64,000 nt of DNA from Octopus sinensis (Eukaryota): positions 11,903,360 through 11,967,359 of the forward strand of contig NC_043019.1 in NCBI RefSeq assembly GCF_006345805.1, given 5' to 3'. Shown one piece after another: positions 1 through 28,473 of the stretch. The notes under the pieces were generated by a model. It did not search any database. It was given only the letters and a program-made list of their open reading frames with translations, and was not told where the DNA came from. The position numbers and the translations under genes are program-made. Every line of letters begins with the position of its first letter. Positions within the stretch are counted from its first letter, which is position 1.

Positions 1-317
1 GTGTGTGTGTGTATGTTGACATATATATATATATATGTATATATGTATATACCTATCTATTTATCTGTCTATATTTTTTATCTTTCTGTATATCTCATTC
101 TCTCCACACACACACACACACATGCACACACACATGCACACACACACATACACACATCTATATATGTAACAATACACTTGCTCACAAAAACCATACATAT
201 GAATATGTGTATATATGTGTGTCTGTGTGTGTGTGTATATATATGTGTGTGTGTATGTGTGTGTGTGTATGTATATATGTATGAGCATGTGTGCATGTGT
301 ATATATATATGTATGTT

Positions 318-351
<34 letters not shown>

Positions 352-385
352 CATACATACACACACCTGTATATACCTATACCTG
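1..385. repeat. Compound TG/TA/CA microsatellite
   Basis: Directly visible. Confidence 0.9.
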
Positions 386-1524
386 TATATTTAACATTAC
401 ACTTGTTCACTCCATTGTTGAAAAGTGTCTGTGACATGGCTGGAATGTTTTGAGTAATCAAATCAAAAACACAGAAGAATCATTGACAATAATTCTGAAC
501 TGATTGCAATGTTGCATGTCAGAGTTGAAGGTTAGTGCTTGGTTTGTTTCCCCTTAAGCTGGTTGTTTAAATTGAAATATTTGGGGAACCCAGTTCATTA
601 TTGTTAACAATTGTTAAGAAACTAGTACAAGCTTTGTTGTTGATACTGCTGCTGCTGCTGATGATGATATTGATGTTGATGTTGAGCGAAGCGGTCTTCT
701 GTAGTGAGAGAAGTCCGAAACGTGGTCCTTTGCTATTCGTAAGACCCGCAGAAGAGAAAGCAGGTCAACCCCTGACACCGAGAGCATCGACGGATGGATG
801 AATGCGCATCCAGGCTCAGCGGTTGCGTAGAATGTCGGGGACAAGAAACAGGAAGAAAGAGTGAGAGAAAGTTGGTGCAAAAGAGTACAACAGGGGTCGC
901 CACAATCCCCTGCCGGAGCCTCGTGGAGCTGTAGGTGTTTTCGCTCAATAAACACACACAAGGACCAGTCTGGGAATCAAAACCATGATCCTCCGACCGT
1001 GAGACTGCTGCCCTAACCACTGGGCCATTGTGCCTCCACTGTTGTTGATGTTGCTGCTGCTGTTGTTGTTGTTGTTAAGCAACAAGATGGGTAAGGGTGA
1101 TTAGGTGATGGTCTAGGGCTTAGGGGCGGGAGACCCCAGACCTTGGGAAAAATCCCCCCAAACTTTGGTCATCTTGTTGTAGCCGAGGGCTCTTCATTGA
1201 CGCCCGACACCACTGGGAGGTGGCCCTCGAAGTTGCTGGAAATGGAGATCTCCAGGTCCAAATTCTTGAACGACTGCTGCTGCTGTTGTTGTTGTTGTTG
1301 TCTCTGTAACCTAGCAATTCGGCAAAAGAGACTGAGAGAATAAGTACCAGGCTTAAAAAAAAAAATACTGGGGTTGATTTGTTAAACTGAAAACAGCAAA
1401 AGGCAGTGAGTGCTCCATGGTTGCATTCCAATCACTGGAACAAGTAAAAGATAAAAGAATGTGTGTGTGTGTGTCCGTGTCCTTGTGTGAGCGTGCAAAT
1501 AAGTACTAGGGTTGACTTATTCAA

Positions 1525-1969
1525 TTAACCCTTTTGTTACTGTACTTATTTTGAGTTGCTCTGTTTTCTTTCAATTTCTTTAAATACAACAAAAAATTTG
1601 GTAAAATAATTTAGTTACCATTCATCTAGTGTTAGGAACATTTTTAATTCAAAACTTATGAAAACAAGACATTTGTACTCAGAGCCAGAGCTGGTTTCAG
1701 CCAGTTTGGTATTGAAAGGGTTAAAAATATCATGGTGACTTTAACCCTTTTGTTACCTTATTTCTATTGAGATACTCTGTGTTTCTTTCAATTAATTTTA
1801 AATATAACAAAGAGTTTAGTAAAATAACTTAGTTATCATTCAGCTAGTGTTAGGAATATAAATTGTGACTAAGGTTTGGTGGAAGATTTTAATTCAAAAC
1901 TTATGAAAACAAGACATTTGTACTCAGAACCATATCTGGTTTCAGCCGGGTTGGTAACAAAAGGGTTAA
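1525..1969. mobile_element. Dimer of piggyBac-like MITEs (TTAA|CCCTTT...AAAGGG|TTAA)
   Basis: Units 1525-1724 and 1741-1969 have CCC/GGG termini and TTAA flanks; the same dimer recurs at about 14193-14665. Confidence 0.65.
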
Positions 1970-4292
1970 ACCAGTGTTTCTCAACTATTTTTACCTATAG
2001 ACCCCTTTGATTTCTATTTTATTCTGGTGGACCCTAGAGCCTTTCAATGTTTAAAAAATTAGTTTTATAGATCCTTCTTTCAAAATTTCTATTTTGCTTT
2101 TCACACGTTAACTTGTGCAGGTTGAACTATGTAAAATGTTAGAGAAAGAAACCCAGCTGTTTCTTGCAATACATACCAATACATACATCTCAACCAGAAT
2201 TTTTTCAGGGGCCCTTAAAATACTATTGTGGATGCCCAATTTAATATTTTATTGTGTGGACCCCACAAAATCTTAATTGGATCCGCGACCTGTTCACTGA
2301 CAAAAATCCGTGCTTGCATTTTTGCCAGTGAACAGGTCGCGGTCTCAAAGCGACGAAAATATTTTGACAAATTAAACTTAAATGTTGAAGTGAATCGAAC
2401 GGCTTTTGTGTGTTTCTTAAATGGCTTACAAACACCTTCCACGCTGCAATTGTTTTCGTTTCAGCACACGATCTCAGATCAAATCACTTGCTATGCTAGT
2501 ACATCTCCGTAATTCCGAAAGTTTAGACATAATTCAAGGGAAATGACTGCGTTAGCAATACCGGAATTCCGTCCCTTGCACATAGCATCTCACCGCACCT
2601 GGGCAACTATTTTCGAGAAACTTGAGACATGGCTCATCACGCGAACTAAACTTTTGAAAAAATAAAATAAATAAAGGAAAAAAAAAGAAGTAATTTGTCG
2701 TTAGCGAGCCATTAAATCGCCTGCAAGTTGCAGTTTCCCCATAACTGGTGTATCGCGTACTTTAAGACAGCTGCTTGACTGATGAAGGCTAAGTTGACCT
2801 CTAATCGGGATTTGAAATCGAAGTAAATAAGGCTAACATTTTTTTTTAAAAATAATTTCACCCTACGGACATATTCCCTAATTGTTTCAGAAACTTCGAA
2901 AAATTTTCTAAATTCTGGTTTGAGCACCTTATATCCTTTTTGGGATCTTTTCCTTTTGAACGGCACATGTCAACACAATTTCTAGTTAACTAAACACTTT
3001 AAAACTTCGTATACTGGTAGAATGTGTTTATAAAACATCATTTTTTCTTGGCTTTATTAAGAAAATTCTATGGGTTGTAAGATATTTCGTCTGAAATTTC
3101 GAGCATTTCGGCAATTTTAACCAATCGCTGGAGTCCATTTAGGTTAACAACATTCCGTGCTGTATGAATATGTTCCTCCTTTAAGAAACAGATTGGGTTT
3201 ATTTACATTTGTGAAGAAAAAAAGATACCCTTCCCCAACCCCTAACCCTAAATCTAAAATAGATTGAAATGCAATAGATCGATACTAGGGCCATAATTAT
3301 GGGTGACATTTTCATTTGACACCGCTAGAAAAAAATCCCATTTTCCGTAGCGGTGTCATATGAAATTGTCACCCGTAATTATAACCCTTGTATCGATCTA
3401 TTGCTTTTCAATCTATTTTAGATCTAGGGTTAGGGGTTAGAAATTATGTTAAAAACTGCCGTTCAAACCGAAAAGATCCAAGAAACAGATTGTGAAGAAG
3501 AAAAAAAAAAATACCCTTCCCCCCACCCTAACCCTAAAACAGATTGAAATGCAATAGATCGATACTAGGGTCATAATTACGGGTGACAATTTCATATGAC
3601 ACCGCTAGAAAAAAACTGCCGTTCGAACCGAAAAGATCCAGATAAACTATCGAATAGTTCCAGTTCAAGATCAAAAACGCTGAAATGCCAAAAAAAAAAT
3701 AAAAGTGTGCGCGCTCGCGCCAAATAATTTTTTTATTTTTCACATTAAATTCGTATATAATCGTAATCTACACGAAATGAAAAGCTATTTTAGAAATATA
3801 TCCATTTTTCTGAAAATTTGGAGGAAACAGTCTAATGAGAGGAGGTGGGGCACATTAGTGTAGGTATGCTTATATATGTATGTGTGTCTGTGTGTGTGTA
3901 TATATATAAATATCCCCCTTGTGAGTAGTAAAGAAATATATATATATATATATATATAATAATAACAAAGGGTTAAATTAATTAATTACGAAGTAATCAA
4001 TAATTTCACCAAGTAGAATTCGGCATGAAAAAAGGACCATTTCATGGTAAACTTAAGTGATACTTAATAAATAGGGTTCAGCAAAGAGTTGCTTTACCAC
4101 ATACCGAAGTTTAGAAATAGCAGCCAACGGTTTTTGGCTGCTATTTCTAAACTTCGGTATGTGATAAAGCAAATCTTTGCTGAACCCTATTTATTAAGTA
4201 TATATATATATATACATACATGTGTGCCTGTATGTAAAAATAAGATCCAAAATCAATGTATGTGTGTCTCTTTCTCTCTCTATATATATATA

Positions 4293-5500
4293 TCTATATA
4301 TATAAAACTGTAGTTGTGTGAGTGTCTGTCCCCTTCGATTTAGATTCCTAACTCCTCCCACATTTTGCGGTGCAGTTTAACCAAATTCGGGTATCTTATA
4401 GTCGTGATTAATATCGAGCCCGTCTGAGTATTAGCGCGCGTCTACGATGAGTCTACGATTTAAAAAATAATTTAACATCATTTTTTATTCCATTTTAATG
4501 CATAATTTTTCGTGTGTCGATGGCGGCGGAGTTGGCATCCACGCTCAAACACCTGCACCTGTGTTTGCTTTTCCCCCTTCCCTCCCTCGTGAAGCTGTGG
4601 GGAAGGGAGTTTAAGGAAATCAACGTCGTAAAGCGTTGTCAAGGAGACCAGCGTTCTTTTAGAACAACGACTTCATGGCTTGAAGACACCAAAACAGAAA
4701 TGGCTAAGAAAGCCCGAAAGCAAATTCTACAAAATCGGAAACACGTCACACAGGGAAGGTTTCCCGTGCAAATAATTTGCACAACCGAATGCTTTAGTTG
4801 TTGCACAACTTTTACCTAAAAGATGTTATCCGAACACAAACTTTTGAAGGCAATATTGTATGGCGATGGTTCTTGTGAAATATGGTAATGGATTTAGTAG
4901 CCAAAAGGAGAGAGCAGAGGCATAGTATGATGGTGGTGGAGGCGGTGGTAGTGGCAGCGGTGGTACTGGTAGTGGTGATGGTGGTCGTGGTCGTCGTGGT
5001 CGTCGTGTTTGTGGTGGTGGTGGTGTGGTGGTGGTGGTGATGATGGTGGTGGTGATGATGGTGGTGGTGGTGGTCTTCGTGATTGTGGTGGTGATGGTCA
5101 TGGGCGTAGTGGTGGTCGTCGTCATGGTGGTAGTGGTGATAGTGTTGGTCGTGGTGGTGTGGTGGTGGTGGTGGCTGAAGCTGTCGTCTGGCTTCTTCCA
5201 ATTTTTTCGTGTGTCGGTGGCGGCGTTGGCGTTCATGCTCGCACCTGCACCTGTGTAGCTCCTCCCCTTCTTCCCTCCTCGTGAAGCAGTGGGGAAGGCA
5301 GGGTAGGGAAATCAACGTCGTAAAGCGTTGTCAAGGAGACCAGCGTTCTTTTAGAACAACGACTTCATGGCTTGAAGTCGCCAAAACAGAAATCGCTAAA
5401 AAAGCTGAAACAGATCCACAAAAACGGCAAAAACCGCCACACAGGGCAGGTTTCCTGTGCAAACAATTTGCACAACCGAATGTTTTAGTTGTTGCACAAA
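4293..5500 (+). mobile_element. Longer related Helitron-like element with an internal ~300-bp duplication and a (GGT/GAT)n tract
   Basis: 5' end TCTATATATATAAAACTG..TTAGATTCCTAACT matches the short unit; about 4510-4820 is repeated at about 5205-5500. Confidence 0.6.
4925..5175. repeat. Compound (GGT)n/(GAT)n/(CGT)n trinucleotide tract
   Basis: Directly visible; source of the poly-His/Thr/Val ORFs. Confidence 0.9.
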
Positions 5501-7883
5501 TCTTTATATATAAAAGTGAAGTTGTGTGTCTGTCTGTCTCCTACGATTTAGATTCCTAACTACTCCCACATTTTGCGGTGCAGTTTAACCAAATTCGGGT
5601 ATCTTATAGTCGTGATTCATATCGAGCCCTTCTGGGTATTAGCGCGCGTCTACGATGAGTCTACGATTTTAAAAATAATTTAACATCATTTTTTCTATTT
5701 TAATGCATTTTTTCGCTATTATATAAGGGAAGTAACTCTCTAAAAATGTCTACGATGAGTCAACGATTAAAAAAAAAATTACCATAATTTTTTATTCCAT
5801 TTTTAATACATTTTTTGCTATATTTTTTGCTATAACTCACTAAAAATGCTTATATAGTTATTTCCCTTACAAAACCGAGCAACGCCGGGCGATACTGCTA
5901 GTCTTTATATATAAAAGTGAAGTTGTGTGTCTGTCTCCTACGATTTATTCCTAACTACTCCCACATTTTGCGGTGCAGTTTAACCAAATTCGGGTATCTT
6001 ATAGTCGTGATTCATATCGAGCCCTTCTGGGTATTAGCGCGCGTCTACGATGAGTCTACGATTTTAAAAATAATTTAACATCATTTTTTCTATTTTAATG
6101 CTTTTTTTCGCTATTATATAAGGGAAGTACTCTCTAAAAATGTCTACGATGAGTCAACGATTAAAAAAAAAATTACCATAATTTTTTATTCCATTTTTAA
6201 TACTTTTTTGCTATATTTTTGCTATAACTCACTAAAAATGCTTATATAGTTATTTCCCTTACAAAACCGAGCAACGCCGGGCGATACTGCTAGTCTTTAT
6301 ATATAAAAGTGAAGTTGTGTGTCTGTCTCCTACGATTTAGATTCCTAACTACTCCCACATTTTGCGGTGCAGTTTAACCAAATTCGGGTATCTTATAGTC
6401 GTGATTCATATCGAGCCCTTCTGGGTATTAGCGCGCGTCTACGATGAGTCTACGATTTTAAAAATAATTTAACATCATTTTTTCTATTTTAATGCATTTT
6501 TTCGCTATTATATAAGGGAAGTAACTCTCTAAAAATGTCTACGATGAGTCAACGATTAAAAAAAAAATTACCATAATTTTTTATTCCATTTTTAATACAT
6601 TTTTTGCTATATTTTTGCTATAACTCACTAAAAATGCTTATATAGTTATTTCCCTTACAAAACCGAGCAACGCGGGCGATACTGCTAGTCTTTATATATA
6701 AAAGTGAAGTTGTGTGTCTGTCTCCTACGATTTAGATTCCTAACTACTCCCACATTTTGCGGTGCATTTAAACCAAATTCGGGTCTTATCTATGTCGTGA
6801 TTCATATCGAGCCCTTCTGGTATTAGCGCGCGTCTACGATGAGTCTATCTACGATTTTAAAAATAATTTAACACATCATTTTTTCCATTTTAATGCATTT
6901 TTTCGCTATTATATAAGGGAAGTAACTCTCTAAAAATGTCTACGATGAGTCAACGATTAAAAAAAAAATTACCATAATTTTTTATTCCATTTTTAATACA
7001 TTTTTTGCTATATTTTTGCTATAACTCACTAAAAATGCTTATATAGTTATTTCCCTTACAAAACCGAGCAACGCCGGGCGATACTGCTAGTCTTTATATA
7101 TAAAAGTGAAGTTGTGTGTCTGTCTCCTACGATTTAGATTCCTAACTACTCCCACATTTTGCGGTGCAGTTTAACCAAATTCGGGTATCTTATAGTCGTG
7201 ATTCATATCGAGCCCTTCTGGGTATTAGCGCGCGTCTACGATGAGTCTACGATTTAAAAAATAATTTAACATCATTTTTTCCATTTTAATGCATTTTTTC
7301 GCTATTATATAAGGGAAGTAACTCTCTAAAAATGTCTACGATGAGTCAACGATTAAAAAAAAAATTACCATAATTTTTTATTCCATTTTTAATACATTTT
7401 TTGCTATATTTTTGCTATAACTCACTAAAAATGCTTATATAGTTATTTCCCTTACAAACCCGAGCAACGCCGGGCGATACTGCTAGTCTTTATATATAAA
7501 AGTAAAGTTGTGTGTCTGTCTCCTACGATTTAGATTCCTAACTACTCCCACATTTTGCGGTGCAGTTTAACCAAAACCGGGTATCTTATAGTCGTGATTC
7601 ATATCGAGCCCTTCTGGGTATTAGCGCGTGTCTACGATGAGTCTACGATTTAAAAAAAAATTACCATCATTTTTTTTCCATTTTAATGCATTTTTTCGCT
7701 ATTATATAAGGGAACTAACTCTCTAAAAATGTCTACGGTGAATCAACGATTTAAAAAAAAATTTACCATAATTTTTTTCCATTTTTAATGCATTTTTTTG
7801 CTATTTTTTGTCTATAACTCTCTAAAAATGCTTATATAGTTATTTCCCTTACAAACCCGAGCAACGCCGGGCGATACTGCTAG
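5501..7883 (+). mobile_element. Head-to-tail array of six ~396-bp non-autonomous Helitron units
   Basis: Units start at 5501, 5902, 6294, 6689, 7091 and 7487. Each begins TCTTTATATATAAAAG and ends GCAACGCCGGGCGATACTGCTAG. The array sits between A and T without a TSD. Confidence 0.85.
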
Positions 7884-7893
7884 TATATATATA

Positions 7894-8064
7894 CAGGAGT
7901 GGCTGAGTGGTAAGTAGCTTGCTAACCAACCACATGGTTCCGGGTTCAGTCCCACTGCGTGGTATCTTGGGCAAGTGTCTTCTGCTATAGCCCCGGGCCG
8001 ACCAATGCCTTGTGAGTGGATTTGGTAGACGGAAACTGAAAGAAGCCTGTCGTATATATGTATG

Positions 8065-8097
<33 letters not shown>

Positions 8098-8295
8098 TTG
8101 TCCCCCTAGCATTGCTTGACAACCGATGCTGGTGTGTTTACGTCCCCGTAACTTAGCGGTTCGGCAAAAGAGACCGATAGAATAAGTACTGGGCTTACAA
8201 AGAATAAGTCCCGGGGTCGATTTGCTCGACTAAAAAGCGGTGCTCCAGCATGGCCGCAGTCAAATGACTGAAACAAGTAAAAGAGTAAAAGAGTA
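7894..8295 (+). mobile_element. tRNA-derived SINE family A (about 400 bp, central TA/TG microsatellite, AAAGAGT tail)
   Basis: A box TGGCTGAGTGG, B box GGTTCAGTCC; near-identical copies elsewhere in the window. Confidence 0.8.
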
Positions 8296-8618
8296 TATAT
8301 ATATATATATATATAATATATATATATATATATACATGCATGTGTGCTTGTATGTAAAAATAAGATCCAAAATCAATGTATGTGTGTGTGTCTCGCTCTC
8401 TCTCTCTCTATATATATGTATATATATATATATATGTATGTATGTATGTATATATATCTGCTTGCGTGTTTGTGCATGTGCTGTGTCGCTTACATAAACA
8501 TTTTCCCCCGGTGTGACGCACTTGACATGCGCAGTTAAAGAGTGGAGTGGAGTGTGGAGTGTGGCTGCGAGTGGGAGTCGAGTGTAAGTGTACTCTTACA
8601 TATAACAACAACCCAAAC

Positions 8619-25763
<17,145 letters not shown>

Positions 25764-25862
25764 TGGTAATTAGCTGGTAGTATTTAATTATAATCAGACG
25801 AACTTCTCCACAGTATATAAAGTATGTTATCACATCTACATTTCCTCTTTTTTTTATGTTAG

Positions 25863-25868
25863 AATAAA
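25863..25868 (+). terminator. Candidate polyadenylation signal of SDHB
   Basis: AATAAA about 100 nt after the stop codon, followed by T-rich sequence. Confidence 0.5.
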
Positions 25869-26477
25869 AATGTTGCCTCTGGAAACTATTTAGCTGGATT
25901 TTTTTTTTTTTTTGTTTATTTAAGTTTGTTTTTCTAAATGTTCTTTAGATATTGTAAGCAGTGATTTGTAATGGATCTAGTGGGTGAACTTGAAAAGAAA
26001 ACTTTAATCTGGATTCTTTTCTTATCACAGATTACATAAGTCATTACACTTTCAAAGCAGCATTTACTAAATTCCTCTCTCTTTTCTATTCCTCAGTTGT
26101 TTACCCCCTGGTGTAAGCCACAGTGTTACTGTCCTGGCTTGGATCAGTAGTAGTGAGGAATATCATTACAGGCATATATATACATAGTTTGTTATATTAA
26201 GAGAAGAATTACACACTCCATTAGCTTACAGCTGTTTCAGCTATCAGAAGCAGTGCACTCAAAACAGAAAGCTCATGCATCATTTTATAGCAGAAACAGC
26301 TATAAGCTAATGAAATTGATTTTATAACTCCTCTTATCTTGTGATTCCATAAATTCATGTTATGCTCTGTACTCTGCCTAAAGCTATATTCTGAAACGTA
26401 TGTATATTGAGTTCTAATGACAGGTTATTAGTATTAGTATACCTAAGCAAAATCATTATATATATATTCCAAATATA

Positions 26478-28473
26478 AATATAAGAGAGTGGTCACTATA
26501 TTGCTCACTCTAGCACCAGTTAATCCAAAAGGTTTCAAACCCACGAAATACATGTTTCCCATGAAAGTCAGTACGACTGTTCGCTCACACGACACAGGGC
26601 AAATAAAAAATACAAAAATACAGATTATTTTGGGACAATTGTTTCGCTATTAATGAATTAAATGTAATATTACTTACAAAAAATCCATTTGTAGCTCGTC
26701 AGCCAAGACTATCTGGATGAAATCCACTCAATCACACGCCAGATTTTACCATAACGATAAAACGCGTGTGGTTCAATTGATTACATCCGACGTTATAATT
26801 CAATGCCCCAACCAACAGCGCGCCAAACTTTCACGGAAAACAATACAGCATTTAGAAATAAATGCAGCATAATTATAATTAATTAATAAGGGTGAGAGAA
26901 TTAGATACTAATTTAATAGTATTTATTCAACACCAAGTGGCCTAGTGCTACGAGAAACCTGGATTATTATAATATTTTATAACATATTATAATATTTTTA
27001 CAAAATAAATATAAGAGAGTGGTCACTATATTGCTCACTCTAGCACCAGTTAATCCAAAAGGTTTCAACCACGAAATACATGTTTCCCATGAAAGTCAGT
27101 ACGACTGTTAGCTCACACGGACAGGGCAAATAAAAAAACAAAAATACAGATTATTTTGGGACAATTGTTTCGCTATTAATGAATTAAATGTAATATTACT
27201 TACAAAAAATCCATTTGTAGCTCGTCAGCCAAGACTATCTGGATGAAATCCACTCAATCACACGCCAGATTTTACCATAACGATAAATACGCGTGTGGTT
27301 CAATTGATTACATCCGACGTTATAATTCAAATGCCCCAACCAACAGCGCGCCAAACTTCACACAAACGAAACAAATACAGCATTTAGAAATAAATGCAGC
27401 ATAATTATAATTAATTAATAAGGGTGAGAGAATTAGATACTATAAATGCTGTATTTGTTTTCCGTGAAAGTTTGGCGCGCTGTTGGTTGGGGCATTTGAA
27501 TTATAACGTCGGATGTAATCAATTGAACCACACGCGTATTTATCGTTATGGTAAAATCTGGCGTGTGATTGAGTGGATTTCATCCAGATAGTCTTGGCTG
27601 ACGAGCTACAAATGGATTTTTTGTAAGTAATATTACATTTAATTCATTAATAGCGAAACAATTGTCCCAAAATAATCTGTATTTTTGTTATTTTTTATTT
27701 GCCCTGTCCGTGTGAGCTAACAGTCGTACTGACTTTCATGGGAAACATGTATTTTCGTGGTTGAAACCTTTTGGATTAACTGGTGCTAGAGTGAGCAATA
27801 TAGTGACCACTCTCTTATATTTATTTTGTAAAAATATTATAATATGTTATAAAATATTATAATAATCCAGGTTTCTCGTAGCACTAGGCCACTTGGTGTT
27901 GAATAAATATACTAATTCTCTCACCCTTATTAATTAATTATAATTATGCTGCATTTATTTCTAAATGCTGTATTTGTTTTCCGTGAAAGTTTGGCGCGCT
28001 GTTGGTTGGGGCATTTGAATTATAACGTCGGATGTAATCAATTGAACCACACGCGTATTTATCGTTATGGTAAAATCTGGCGTGTGATTGAGTGGATTTC
28101 ATCCAGATAGTCTTGGCTGACGAGCTACAAATGGATTTTTTTGTAAGTAATATTACATTTAATTCATTAATAGCGAAACAATTGTCCCAAAATAATCTGT
28201 ATTTTTGTTATTTTTTATTTGCCCTGTCCGTGTGAGCTAACAGTCGTACTGACTTTCATGGGAAACATGTATTTTCGTGGTTGAAACCTTTTGGATTAAC
28301 TGGTGCTAGAGTGAGCAATATAGTGACCACTCTCTTATATTTATTTTGTAAAAATATTATAATATGTTATAAAATATTATAATAATCCAGGTTTCTCGTA
28401 GCACTAGGCCACTTGGTGTTGAATAAATATACTATTAAATTAGTATCTAATTCTCTCACCCTTATTAATTAAT
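26478..28473. repeat. Foldback array: ~530-bp unit twice forward, then twice inverted
   Basis: ATAAGAGAGTGGTC at 26481 and 27011; inversion starts at 27443; second inverted unit at 27962. Confidence 0.85.

Noticed and set aside
1-461. Long ORFs such as 1..453 (150 aa)
   Set aside because: Translations of TG/TA microsatellite, low-complexity C/V/Y/I/H/T only.
2780-2830. CTGATGAAGG as a hammerhead
   Set aside because: No correctly placed GAAA, stem III or stem I partner.
4812-5315. His/Thr/Val/Gly-rich ORFs on both strands
   Set aside because: Produced by a compound trinucleotide tract within a repeat element.
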